Origin: Carcharhinus amblyrhynchos
Lineage: Eukaryota
Direction of reading: 5' to 3'
Assembly: GCA_965287045.1 (NCBI GenBank)
Contig: OZ336903.1
Coordinates: 186,001 to 250,000 of the forward strand
DNA: 64,000 nucleotides
Made by a program: the position numbers and the translations under genes. This document shows positions 1 through 12,689 of the stretch, piece after piece. The notes under the pieces were generated by a model, which was not told the origin of the DNA, did not search any database, and worked only from the letters and a program-made list of their open reading frames with translations. Position 1 is the first letter of the stretch. Every line of letters begins with the position of its first letter.

Positions 1-1119
1 CCAACACCATGCTCAATTCGACCTCTGGACACCAACATTGAGAACACCGACCCGGATTTTCCGGCTCATCTACTTTCTTATGATCCCTCCTTGCTCCGCA
101 CCGTCTCCCTCTTTCCACTACGGGGTCAACTGTTATCCTGTACCCAAACATCACCCACCTCCGCCCTGCCTTCCGCCATTCACAGTTCCCAGCTCCCGGA
201 AGTCAAGCTTTAGCTGCTGCCAACTTGTGCCACAGAGTTCAACCGGATTTGCAAGCTGCAGAAACACGATGGGACTTTAATACATGGTGAACTGATTCTT
301 ATGGATTCCTTAATTTATTCCGAGTGTAGGGTTTTATTGTAGAATGCTGGCCATAATGCAGCAATAAAGCCTCCCTGCAGCTGGACTTAGTGCAAATGTT
401 CCGCCGCCCATCCCTCGGAAAATTAGCATCCCATGACGAGTGACGTCAATAAAAATTGACAACAAATTTTGGCCAGGTTGGGTACACTCCAAAAGACGAA
501 TAACTAAATAAATTACAATGATTGACAATATATTTCTCGGCCAACCCGCACCAAGGAATGAACGTGCACAGCGCCATCAGGCGGTTATTTAAGAAGGAGC
601 ACCCCGATTTCCAAGGGTCAGTATCAAGCGTGTCCAACTCTGTCAGAGCCCGACTGCTCTCGGAACACTGCACTGGCAGGAGGTTTGCGCTCAGTATTAC
701 TCTAGCAGAGAGTCAGTATCCAGCGTGTGCGCCACTACCAATGTGTCAGCACTATAGGGACACTGCACGAGTTGAGGGTCTGAACTGAGGGGGTACTGCT
801 CTGTCCGAGGGTCAGCACTGAGAATGGGTCTGCAATGTCCCGGGTTCTGCTGAGGTAGAACGATTGGGTACCTCGGTGAACTGTGGAATTGGCAGTATCT
901 GCAGAAACTTCCCTCAGCCATTGTTCATTTTCTAGCAGACCCACTCAACCAGATCACCTGGTATGTGCCTACAAGTCCCAACGTATGTTTGGTACATTAG
1001 CACCTCCTACGATAAAATTTATGCAGCAACGCTTCCCAAATCCTAATGAACCTGTGATGTTTTCCATCCATTCAACACATTGCCTGGAATATGTCGTCTA
1101 ACCCTCCCTGAATTGGGTG

Positions 1120-1402
1120 AAATAATGGCACAGTAGTTCGCACTGCTGCATCGCAGTGTCAGGAACCCAGATTCAATTACCGACTTGGGTCACTATCTGC
1201 ACATTCTTCCGTCTGTGTGGATTTCCTCCGGGTGCTCTGGTTTCCTCCCACAGTGCAAGTGAAAGCTTGTTTGGAGCATTGGCCATGATAACTTATTCCT
1301 GAGTGTAATCTAACAGGCACTGAGTGTGTCGACTAGGGGATTTTCAGACCAACTTCATTGCAGCGTCCATTAAACCTACTTGTTGCAGTAATTAATAAAC
1401 TT
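1120..1402 (+). mobile_element. V-SINE (tRNA-derived, HE1-like), decayed
   Basis: tggcacagtagtt..cactgctg head and V-domain tttcctccgggtgctctggtttcctcccac; positional counterpart at 56776-57078. Confidence 0.75.
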
Positions 1403-1904
1403 TTAATACATGTAGCAAGTGACATCACAGCAGACAGTGCACATGGAATATCTGTCCCGTTTCCGTTGATTATGTTACAGCAAATAAGCTCTCTGGAATA
1501 CCAACATCCCCATGCAACAATTAGCCATAACCAACAGTGAGGCACCCATTATCAACCACATCATAATTCTACTTCCGACTTAATCCTCCCGTGGCACATG
1601 GCATCATTCCAAATTCCCTCCCCCTGAAAGTCTATTGGATCAAAACAACATAACCAGGTGCCTGACATATTAACGTCCTTTCCCTGGTTCTCTGTTACAC
1701 TCACTTCACTTCCTGACATTATTTCTCTACTTTTGTTGTGTCAAATTAGCAACTATCGGATCCAGAGTACTTTATGATAACAGCAGGGCCTCGCTATCCC
1801 TAGAACAGAGATCAGCCATGAGTTTACCATTAGAACAGCAGCATTTGTCCATCAGTAGATTTGAAGCAACATTTTGAAATGCTTGATTGAGTTATAACCG
1901 TCAT

Positions 1905-2788
1905 TTATTTACAGATTAAGGGATTTTTCAATGCAATTTTCAACTGCTCTCTGAATTTCGTCTGTGTCACTGCATAAATACATGTATTTGTGCAGCAACT
2001 CAGGAGCTGCAACATGAAACCTAATTCCTGTACAAACAAATGCAGATACATAGATTCATATCCTAAATAATACATCCGCATCCATACTGAATGAAACATA
2101 AACACGGACCATAGTATAATGAAATTGGCCGAAATAACAAATAATAAAATGATTGATTTCCTTCGAGCCTCCATCTCTGGGTCTTTGGTACTCTCCCCAC
2201 TTTTCTGAGCCCACAGTCTTCTTCGGGCTTTGCTGGAGAGTAGAATGTGTCTAATGGAATAGATGTTAAGCAGCAAAATCAAGACAAAGGGAATTGCTGG
2301 AGTTAAAGTGTAATGAATAATCTCAATAATTCCCCAGACCAAAGAAGACATATCTCTGATGGGTACCTTACAAAACCAAGGTTGATTTCCCTGCCAATAC
2401 GTGTCTGCCTGCATAAAATACCAGGAAATATCCTTCAAACAGCTCAGTGCTGTCACTGTTACTAAAACAACTGATGCTGTTTTCTCGGTGCAATATTTTG
2501 TTTTCAGCTGCTTACAGCAAATGGCTACAAATCGATCGACAGTGAAAGTGACAGTGAACCAGACAGAACAGTCGGTGGCTGAATAAAGAAGGACGGCGTG
2601 AATGTTGCACATGGGAATGGACAGCAAGAAATGAAATAGCTCCCGAAAAACGATTGGAATTTGCCTCAATATGAGGTCGAATATAACAACCATTAGATCC
2701 GCCGCTGCCATGGCGGTAAGGTAGCGTGTCACACATTTAGAAAGACCACATTTTCCTCGGGATAGAATCACAATCGTCAGGATATTAA
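1905..2788 (-). CDS. GPCR-A exon 2 (end of TM1 to C-terminus)
   Basis: ORF 1905..2771 extended to the acceptor AG at 2789-2790; stop TAA at 1905-1907. Confidence 0.93.
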
Positions 2789-5700
2789 CTGTGGGGAAGT
2801 GAGAGAAATACAGTTATTCACAATCAGGCTCAAAGCAATATTACCACGTTGATTGAGTACTAATTTCACCGCCAAATATGGAGATACAAGGATTACACTT
2901 GATGCATACTGGTTGGCATTCAGCAAGAATTTCAGCAAGATTCCACATGGGAAACTCGTCAGTAAGTTCAGAAGACATGAGACCAAGACCACTAAACAAT
3001 TAAACAATGAAGGTACAGGAGTCGGAGTGTCATATTGAATCTAGTTCTTGTACTGGGAATCTGTGACAAGTGATGAGAAACAGTAATGCAAGTAGGCGCT
3101 TTACTGTTTTCAGTGAACATTACTGTTTACTGTTTGCAGTGCGGTAGACAGAGGGGAACCGGTGGATGCGATGTTTCTAGATTTTCAAAAGGCGTTTGAT
3201 AAGGTGCCTCACAAAAGCTTACTTCAGGTGGTTAGAGTGCACAGAGTTGGGGGTAAGATGTTAGCGTGGATAGAGGATTGGTTGTCTAATAGGAGGCAGA
3301 GAATTGGTGTCAATGGGTGCTATTCTGATTGGCGGTTGGTGACTAGTGGAGTGCCGCAGGGATCGGAGCTGGGGCCTCAGCTATTTACCATTTATATATA
3401 TGATTTGGAGGAGGGGGCTGAGTGTAGGGTGATGAAATTTGCTGATGACACAAAGATGATTGGAAAAGCAAATTGCGCGGAGGGTGTGGAAAGACTGCAG
3501 AGGGGCCTGGATAGGCTGAGCGAGTGGGCGAGGACCTGGCAGATGGAGTATAATGTTAGCAAGTGTGAGGTTATCAACTTTGGAAGAAATAATAGCAGGA
3601 GGTATGACTATTTAAAGGGCGTAAAGCTGCAGCATGCTGCGGTGCAGAGGGATGTGGGGGTCCTTGTGCTGGAGTCGCAAAAACCCAGTCTGCAGGTGCA
3701 GCAGCTGATCAAGAAGGCGAATGGGATGCTGGCCTTTATAGCGAGGGGGATAGAATATAAAAGCAGGGAGGTCTTGCTGCAACTGTACAGGGCACTGGTG
3801 AGGCTGCAGCTGGAGTACTGTGTGCAGTTTTGGTCGCCGCACTTGCGCAAGGATATATTGGACTTGGATGGAGTGCAGAGGAGTTTCACTAGGCTGATAC
3901 CGGAGATGAAGGGGTTGGACTATGAAGATAGACTAAATAGACTGGGTCTATACTCGTTGGAGTTTAGAAGGATGAGGGGGAATCTTATAGAGACATATTC
4001 GATAATGAAAGGGATGGATAGGGCACAGCTTCAAGATGTGGGGGGTGCAGTTTAGAACGGAGAGTGGGAAAGTGGAACTGATCCACTTCAGATCAGCCAT
4101 GATCTTATTGAATGGCGGGGCAGGCTCGAAGGGCTAGATTGGCTTAATCCTGCTCATAATTCTTATGTTCCTATGTTCTTATTAATTAATATACATATAA
4201 ACATTGAAGGTATGATTAATAAGGCCGCAGAAGACATGCAAATTTCTAATCAGGAAAGTTGTTAGGAAGATTACACGAACATACAGACAGACTGGCCAGG
4301 CCCATACATAGTCTACAACTTAATTTAAATTTAAGAAATGCAAACCAATACATTTTTGGTGATCGAACAAGGCAAGGGAATGCAGAGTAAATGACAAAAT
4401 GCTCAGAAGTACAAAGGGCCAGATGGAATGTGCGATGTAAGCACGAAAATTCGTAAGTCTGTTGTACAGGCAGTGAAGGGGATGCTGAGCTACATGGGAT
4501 ACTTGCCTTCATTATCCACAGGACATAATATAAGTCCATGAAAGGTATAATGGGGATAAAACACTCGCTGGGCTACGCGGAATCCCTAGAAAACAAAGTC
4601 ACCTACAGCCGAAAATTTAGTGATGACAACTCAGCCTTCAATGCCATTATCCCTCCAAAACTCATCACCAAACTCAGTGACCAGGGCCTCGGCTTTTTCC
4701 TCAGTGACCAAATCCTGAACGCCCCATCCAACGGCCACAATCAACAAGGAAAGGCAAAATCACCTCCCCAGTACCACCGTCAAAGCCAGTGCTCCACAGG
4801 ACTGTGTTCTCAATCTCCTACTCTACTCCTTATACATCTATGACTGCATGGCCAAAGTCCCCTCCAGTTTCACTGTCTATTTTGCTGATGATACCATCGG
4901 GTCTCAAGCAAAAAGAAGACATGGAGCAGGATTGAGACAGAGCATCTAGTGAACTGAGGTAATGACAATAATCTCTCTTTTAATGTTATCAAAATGAAAG
5001 AGTTTATCATCCACTTCAGGAAGTGAGAGAAGAATATGTCCCCTCTCCTCCTCATCAATGGGGATGAAGTACAAACAATCGTGATCTTCAAGTTTTAGGT
5101 GTCCAGATGACCAACAGCCTGTCATAATACCACCGCCCCCCCGCCCCACTAAAATAAAATCCGACATTTGAGTAAAGAATGCCGACCAACGCTTTTATTT
5201 TCTCTGAAGAATAAGTAAAGTGATATGTCACCGACTACGCTCACCAGCTTTTAGAATTGCAGTATAGAAAACAATCTTTCTGGTTTCATCGAATCTTGGT
5301 ATGGTTTCTGCTCTGTCTAAGAAAACAAGAAAGTACAGGAAATCTGAAATGTAGCCCAATCCATCACGCAAACCAGCCTCCCATTCATTGACTCTGTCTA
5401 TCCTTCCCGCTGCCTCGGCAAAGTACCTAGATTTAAGGACTTCACACATCCTGGACATTCTCTTCTCCATCTTCTTCAATCAAGAAAAATAGACAAAAGA
5501 TTGTGGTTACGAACCAACTGACTCAAAAACTCTTCTGTGTTGCCGTCAGAGCATTGAATGGAGCTGCTTGCATTTTACACCTTACATATTACTGTAGCAC
5601 TACATTCTGCACTCTCTCGTTTTCTTCTCTTGAGTGGCATGCGTTATCTACAGAGCGCACAAAAATGTTTCACCGGATGATAAAACATGCGACAATAGTA

Positions 5701-7376
5701 AATAAAATCAAACTTGGAGAACCGTGTGCCATTGTCTTTGCCACACCGAAAATCGCATGTGATTGCATTCCAAAACGTGCACTGGAGATTTTCCAGGGGA
5801 TTGTCTGTCGCAAGTATTTTTAGACGTGAAGACATAATGGTTAATCAGGGGCTGTTACCCTTGAAGGAAAGAAGGCTGAGCAGATGCTTCAATAAAGTAT
5901 GCTCAATCACGAGAGGTATAACAATTGTAGATCAGATGGAAATGTCACCTCGAATAGACGGGATAATTACCAGGGACATAGATGAAATAAATGCAGCATG
6001 AAAATTCGAAATTTGATGAAAAGCATTTTCAACAAGAGGACAGTGGGAATCTGGTGCCCGTTGCCCATATGGGTGATAGAGACGAACCCCATCAGGACAT
6101 TTATGAACCCGTTAGATGGGCATTTCAAACAACAGAACAAACAAAACTGCGGGCCAAGTGAAGTGAAATAAAATCATCATATATGTTTGATTGATGACTG
6201 ACACCGGCACAATGGGCCGAAGGGCCACCTTATTTTCCAATATTCTACTACCTGACAAATTGATTCGGATCCAAAATATATCAACAAAGTCTGGGATAAA
6301 AGTGGTATGGTTGAACTAGAACACGGGTAACAACTTGATTTACAACTGATAAATTGTTGGCAGAAGTGATTATGGACATCCGAGCATGGATGTAACAAAT
6401 CATGGGTTTATTTCCAGAAAGAGATGAGATGAGACTGGCAATGTTCAGAATGGTTATAGAGCTGGACATGGGCGGCCATGATACCGACACACATATGAGG
6501 TTGTGATACTTTGGATGCCAAATTAGCTCCGAGATTCTGACTGTGTGATCCATTCTTAGCGAAGAATGTTACGGCAGGCTTTCTGACCGTCATTGAATGA
6601 ACAGCTTTGAGATTATACAAAACAAGACTGAAGGAGTATCTGAACGTCTGCCATCACATACATCATAGTTAACTCAAATTCTGCCAGGGATCAGGGGTTA
6701 TACATTTACATGCACAGACTGGGGAAGGTGGGAATGATATCTATCCGCAGGCAAGATAAGCAGATTTTTTTGTGAAGGGTTTAACACTACGTTGTGTTTT
6801 TATATCTGTAATATAATGTTGATATTACCAAGATGCAATTAAGCAACATTTATAATTGAGAGGATGTGGAATTTAAACTCAGTTCAGTGTTAACAGGGAG
6901 ACCTCAGTTGTTGCCCTGGGAGAGGGCTGGATTCAGTGTGGCTGTGAGCTCAGATCGTGAGGTTAACTGAGGACAGCGCATACAAAATACAGTCAACAAT
7001 AAATCAATAGAATATTAAAGCAAAATGTGCGGATTCTGGAATCTGGGCAAAAACAGAAAATCTCACCAAGTCGGACAGCGTCTGTGGAGAGAGAAGAGAC
7101 AATATTCCGAGTCTGGATGTTCCGACGTCAGTAAAGACACAATCAATTCAGTTCAACATTGTTCATAAATCAAAAAAACGGTTATAACTACTTACGTGGC
7201 ACGCCAATGATCGCGAGAAATGGATAGTAACCAGCTTGAATGACTACAAGGATGCATCCGAGCCGCCATAACGGTGACATATTTTCGTAAAACCTAAAAA
7301 GAGAGTAAAGAGCCGCGGATAAAGATCTGTCCGATGCTATAACATTCCAGGCTGTTATATTCAGATTCTCATCCAT
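1905..7376 (-). CDS. GPCR-A: two-exon class A GPCR, GPR139/GPR142-related, 354 aa; join(7196..7376, 1905..2788)
   Basis: Exon 1 (ATG at 7376 in aaaATGG context, ending ...YYPFLAIIGVP, donor C|GTAAGT) is 181 nt. Exon 2 (acceptor ttccccacAG|TTAAT) is 884 nt. Total 1065 nt, in frame. Seven hydrophobic segments with AxADL, DRF, LWSV, NTCIY and helix-8 KFREQL. Confidence 0.9.
3133..4180 (+). mobile_element. CR1 LINE, 5'-truncated, with RT ORF2 fragment and 3' tail
   Basis: ORF 3162..4055 with LDFQKAFDKVPH, SGVPQGS.LGP.LF, KFADDTK, LEYCVQFWSP and SLEFRRMRG; tail tcttatgttcctatgttctt. Confidence 0.95.
4585..5712 (+). mobile_element. Decayed Rex1/Babar-like LINE 3' fragment
   Basis: Translation D.NSAFNAIIPPKLITKLSDQGL resembles Rex1 RT (DYSSAFNTIIP..L..KL..LG); tttgctgatgatacc (FADDT); ends aataaaatcaaa; absent from the paralogous intron. 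Confidence 0.65.
7020..7130. mobile_element. Penelope-like terminal repeat relic (counterpart at about 60525-60650)
   Basis: gcggattctggaatctg..aaaacagaaaat..cagcgtctgtggagagagaa, recognised from memory as a chondrichthyan PLE-derived repeat. Confidence 0.45.
7196..7376 (-). CDS. GPCR-A exon 1 (N-terminus with N-glycosylation sequons NIT and NMS, start of TM1)
   Basis: ORF 7188..7376; phase-1 GTAAGT donor after GVP; near-identical exon at 60715-60895. Confidence 0.88.
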
Positions 7377-8261
7377 TTTGTTTCACTTCCCAATCAGTTG
7401 TTCTCAGATTCTGATCCGCTGTTGAACCATTCAATCGACTGTCCTCAGATCCTCACCCGATGTTGTAAAATGCGAGTCTGTCGCACTCAGATTCCGAACC
7501 ATCCCTCATTCTTCGAACTATTAATAGGCGTGACAATCTCTCCAGAGGCACAGCTGGGTTCCAGGGAGAATGGCATTAATTACAGGTACTGAACAAACGG
7601 GTTTGGTTATCACCTTACAATCTATTTTGTACCAACATAAACAATGGTGGATAATGTATTCACTGGCAAACTGGGCCAATGTGAATTTATACAGATTATT
7701 TTAAAGGATGTGAGTGTTTGTTTTTAATGGAGAGATTAAAGGTTATGGAACTTGTGAATTCAGCCTGTGGGTCAAATGTTGCTGATAAAGCTCGAGAGGC
7801 CACAAATAAACGCAACAAGATTTTGTGTTTGTAAAGGAAATGTAATAAATGGAAATCATCACAAATATGTGAATGGAAAATTATTTGATGAACTTAGTTA
7901 AGTCACTATTATAGTACCTGACATGGCTGACAGGGAATGAGATGTTCATGTTCTGTGTCTGGGCTTCGCCAAATTGTGCAATTAAGACCAACATAAAATA
8001 ATTGTCACGGAAACAGCAATGTATCGATTCCCAGGCACTGTCCGTGAAGATGTGATTTTGACAATAAAAAGGGAAGATCAGAGGAATGGGTAAGGTCCAT
8101 TTTTCATATGACATCAGCATTGCTTAAATGATAAACAGTGAGCAGTTGGAGCTGTGCATCAAGAAAAACTAAAGGAAAAATAAGTTACGTTGGAGATAAT
8201 GGGAGATACGTGGTAAAAATATATCAGATTAATATATTTGTAATGACTTATTAGGTTTCTG

Positions 8262-8414
8262 AAAGACAGAGGAATTAAGGGTGATGGGGAGAGAGCGGGA
8301 AAGTGGAACTGATCCACTTCAAATCAGCCATGATCTTATTGAATGGCGGGACAGGCTCGAAGGGCTAGATGGCCGACTCCTGCTCCCATTTCTTATGTTC
8401 TTAAGTTCTTATGT
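8262..8414 (+). mobile_element. CR1 3' end fragment (similar copies at 4060-4180, 22655-22803, 61815-61965)
   Basis: ggaactgatccacttcaaatcagccatgatcttattgaatggcggg..tcttatgttct tail. Confidence 0.85.
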
Positions 8415-11400
8415 CTCAGCTGGAATGGTGCGCCTCATTCTAAATACAAATATATTGGAATAGCATATTTTTATTAGTCACATGTAAGGCTTACATTACA
8501 CTGCAATGAAGTAACTGTGAATTTTCCCTATGTGCTCGGTATATGTCGGTCGTGAATACTTCCTTCCAGCTGTGAGGTATGATATACAGGGAAGAAGCAA
8601 TGCGCTTCATTAAACGCTCTTAATTTATTCCACCATTGCTGATGTCAGTCAGGACCAATATTTGAGAGGTAGATCCCACACAAACTGCGATATTGACGCT
8701 GTCAATTGACATGACTGGTTTTAATATTTGACTTTGGTGCCTTTTCCCAAGGTCCTACAATCACTGCCAATTGCCATGATGGACACCACCTCAAACGCGG
8801 TGTCAGCACTTCGCTATTTCTACAGGTATATTCGGCATTCGTAAATGTTTGGAGCATTAACGTCTTTTATGTCTTTTGTGACTGACTCGCTGGGCAGGAG
8901 GTCACATTTATGCAGAAGTCTTCCATCCCGTGGCCATACCTGATCCTCCTAAGTTGTCTCGATATGATAATTCCCACTAAAAGTCTCAGATCTTCCTTTG
9001 TTAGAGTTCTGAATGTATGATTGATTTCCATTTGGCATAGACCCATCGCCAGCCAGAAGATTAGAACACAAAACAAAATGAAACTCTAGATCGCTATGTG
9101 TGGCCAGTTTTCCATAGCTATTGTGTTTGAGGGCAAGAATCTTAAAGAAGATAACAGGGATCTTCAGCAGGCAGTTAAGGAGGGAAACGTCATTTTGAGC
9201 TTTATTGCAAACGAGTTGGGTATTAAAAATTGGGAGCTTTTGTTGTAATTGCACAGGGTGTTATTGAGGCCTCACCTGGAAAGCTGCGCACACATTCGGG
9301 ACCAGACCTTAAAAGGGAGTCTTAACACTGGGGGCAATCCAAAGGAGTTTCTCAGGGAATGTCTCCTCATCCTTCCACATTCCAATGAGTACAAACACAC
9401 AACAGTTCCTCATGTGACAAACTCTTAACTCCTGGGACCATTCCTGTGAACCTCCTCTGGACCTTTCCCAAGACCAGCACATCCTTCCTTAGATAAGGGG
9501 CCCAAAACTGCTCACAATACGACAAATAGGGTCTGACCAGAGCCGTCTCACAAGTACATCGCTTGTCTTGTATTTTAGCCCTTGCTACGTGAATGCTTAC
9601 ATTACATTTGTGTTTCTAACTGCCGACTGAATCTGCACGTTAAGCAAATCTTGGTCAATAACTCCCCTTAATATAGTTTCCAATGGGGTACCATGAGCAT
9701 AGACATGGGTCAAGGGTGGAGGAGGAAAAACGCAATGTTAAGATGGTGGCGCGGGCTCGTGGGCCGAAGGCCCTGTTTCCCGTGTTGTGTTGTTCTTTGT
9801 TATGTGTTCTTTGTTCAAGTTTGTTTGTGTTTCTGATTTCCTGAGCAATCCCCATTTAGAAAGTAGTATATGTCTCCATTCCTTCTTCCAAAGTGCATGA
9901 TCTCACTTTTTTTCACACTGTATTTCACCTGCAATTTCTTTGTCCACTCTCCGAACCTGCACTCATCCTTTGATATAAGCTGTGGAATTTAAGTTGCTGC
10001 GCAAACCCACTCATTTCTGCGGTGAAACAATCGAACTTCAGTGAGCAGTTGAAGAGCATGTTTAAATATCCGATAACATCAAATATTGAATTAATTGACA
10101 ACCAAATGTATGAAATAAAATCAGCTTAAACATTCTGTGGTGCCAGAGGAGGCTGCTGGAAGACCGGGAAGTGAGGGCCTGGCGAATTAAGCATTTTCAA
10201 GGACCAGATAACGATGGACTGGAGGGAACAGAGAATGGGGACGTGAAGAAAATTCGGCGCAGACATGTTTCATCGAATACAAATAATGGCAGGAAATGGG
10301 GAAATGACAGCCCTTTAGTGGACCAGAAGCAGCGGTAAATAGAAATACCACTGAGCAGCAGGAAGAGTGCACTGGAAACTCTCGGATGATCTGGAATAAT
10401 TCCTCAGGTGGGATCTCACAGCGGGGCATGGTGAGGGGTGACATGCTGTTTCTACCAGAAAATTGACAGGAGGAATGTGGCGGGTCAGGAAGAGTTGACC
10501 AAAGGGTGAGAGCTGAGATCTGGAGAAATTGAGACAAAGAAGTCAGAAGGATAATTGAAACACGCTGTGAAATATAGGCTGGAAGATGATAGACACAGTC
10601 TCTTCTACACCACCTCCGGTTCCATTCCCAGCTCATCGTAGCTTCTAAGAAATAAGAGGAAACGAGTTGTTTAAAAAGCAAAATGTTGCAGATGCTGGAA
10701 ATCATGTTTTTTTCAATATGCCAGTCATCGTTTCATTTCGTAACTTGTAGAGATATTTGATGGAATCCGTGCCCTCTGAAATATCTGCCTGATCACTGAC
10801 AATCTCTATCTCTCCCCAGGCACTCGGGCCCCAATACAGACTGCGATCAGGTCTGGTCAAACCCAGGCCAGGGTCCAGGTGGACACACAGGCCTGCGGCC
10901 GAGGTTGAGAGCATTATTTTAGCTTCTGAAGGCCTCCACTATCGCATTGTTTTCTCTAGAACCGCCAACCCCAACGCACTGCTGCCCAGTCTCCGCTATC
11001 CACTCTCTACGGTCATTACCACAATCGTCCAGTTTTGTGATGAAAATCTCTCAGTCCCATTTACCCAACAGTCTCTTCACTCGCTGAGTGGTACTTGTTT
11101 CTGGACAGCTACAACACCATTTAAAAACAAATATTTGATTTTGCAACCCTCCATTTCTTCAATCCTCACTTTCTATGCAAACTTCTGCAGCCCGACAAAG
11201 TTACAGATGTCTCTCATGTCTTAGAACCTGCAAGACTGCTCCCCATCCCAAATCGGTAAATTACTCCATGACCCACCATCCCTCCAAATTTATATAGACT
11301 ATAATCTCACTTTACATTGCCAAATCGTGGCTCAAGACAATTTCCAAACGCTACCAGATGTGTCAGACAGCTCCTTAAGGCTCTACAAATTGCTTCAGGT

Positions 11401-11719
11401 TGCGAGAGAGTGGATGAGGGATGGACAGTTGGTGGAGTGAGAGGGAGGGAGAGATGGAGGGAGAAGGAGACTCTCGTTCTTCCTCCCTTCCTGCCTCTCT
11501 ATCCCTCACCTGATCTCTGCCTCCTCCCTGTCTCTCCCTCCCTCCACTATCTCTACATTCCTCGACCTGTGTCTGTGACCCTGACACCATCTCTCCCTCC
11601 ATTAGCTTTCTCGGCCTCCATCTACACAGCTGTCCTTTCCTGGCCCCAACTCTCCCTCCCTTGTCCCGCCTCTCCTCGGTCATACTGCCTCCCCATCCTT
11701 CACAACATTTGTCTCCATT

Positions 11720-12064
11720 TGGCCACCTCTCTCTCCTCTCTCTCTCGCACATTCTCGCTCCCTCTCTCTCCTCTCTCTCTCACTCGCTCTCCCTCTCACC
11801 CTCTTGCTCTCTCTCTCTCTCTCTCACGCTCGCTTTTTATCTCTCTCTCTCTCTGTTTTGCTTTTTCTCTCTCTCTCCATCCCTCACACCATCTCTCTCT
11901 CTCTCCCTCGGCCAGCCTCTCTCTGTTTGCCCGTCACTCTCTCCTTCTCCCTATCCCTCCGTGCCTCAAGCTGTCCCTCTCTTACCCGGTCACTCCCTTC
12001 CTGTATTAGTTCCGAAACCGCGCCCCCTCGCCCCACCCTCGCCGCCCCCCCCCCCCCCCCCCCC
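11720..12064. repeat. (CT)n-rich low-complexity tract ending in poly-C
   Basis: Direct reading of the sequence. Confidence 0.9.
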
Positions 12065-12189
12065 GCCAATTCCAGGAATTCTCCAATCCACAGCGCCCAC
12101 TCTGAAAACATAAACAAGGACTGTGAGATTTAGAAAACAACTTTATCACGGCCAGGGACTTTGAATTTCACCATTCCTTAGAAAGACCG

Positions 12190-12480
12190 AAATTAAGGGG
12201 GGAACTGATAGAGGTGCACAAAATAATGAAGGGTCGAGATAGAGTCAACAGTGGAAGGCTTTTTCCTAGATTGGAGACAACTATCATATTGGGTCACGAG
12301 CTCAGGGTGAGGGGGGAGAAGTATAATTTGGATACTAGAGGGAGATTTTTCACACAGAGGGTCGTGGGGATATGGAATGCACTACCAAGTAAAGTGTTGG
12401 AGGCAGGGACGCTGGACTTGTTTAATGTTTACTTAGGTAGGCACATGAGTGAAACAGGGATGGAGGGTTATAGGAGACGG
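12190..12480 (+). mobile_element. CR1 ORF2 C-terminal fragment
   Basis: KIMKG.DRV...LFP, GRFFTQRVVGIWNALP. Confidence 0.88.
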
Positions 12481-12689
12481 TTTGAAAAAGGGTCAAAACC
12501 TCGGGACGATACTGGAAATGTAATGCTACATGTTAATGTCTTGTCTCTTTTAATCCGCGTGTGTGTCGGTCCACCTTGTTGTCTAACGAGGGGCATGCAC
12601 TCCGGGGTTGTGCGTGGGCTGCTCTTGGATATTTCAAGAGTGGCCTAGTACATTGCGTCGATGTGTGTGCTTAAATCTGGACCAGCAGA

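Larger units (their letters stand above)
900..9127 (+). repeat. Segmental duplication copy 1 (GPCR-A unit), direct repeat of about 56570-62678
   Basis: Colinear similarity across the downstream flank, SINE, exon 2, intron, exon 1 and about 1.75 kb upstream. Confidence 0.88.

Noticed and set aside
3162-4055. 297-aa reverse transcriptase ORF as a host or retron-like gene
   Set aside because: A typical 5'-truncated CR1 ORF2 with a CR1 tail, intronic and absent from the paralogous intron.
1905-7376. Assigning the gene symbols GPR139 here or CD163 to the SRCR gene
   Set aside because: Multiple divergent paralogs and altered key residues or architecture; orthology is unsupported without a phylogeny.
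11317-12133. Long Leu/Ser-rich ORFs (up to 230 aa)
   Set aside because: Artefacts of the stop-poor (CT)n tract; the same applies to the ORFs at 54611-55059.
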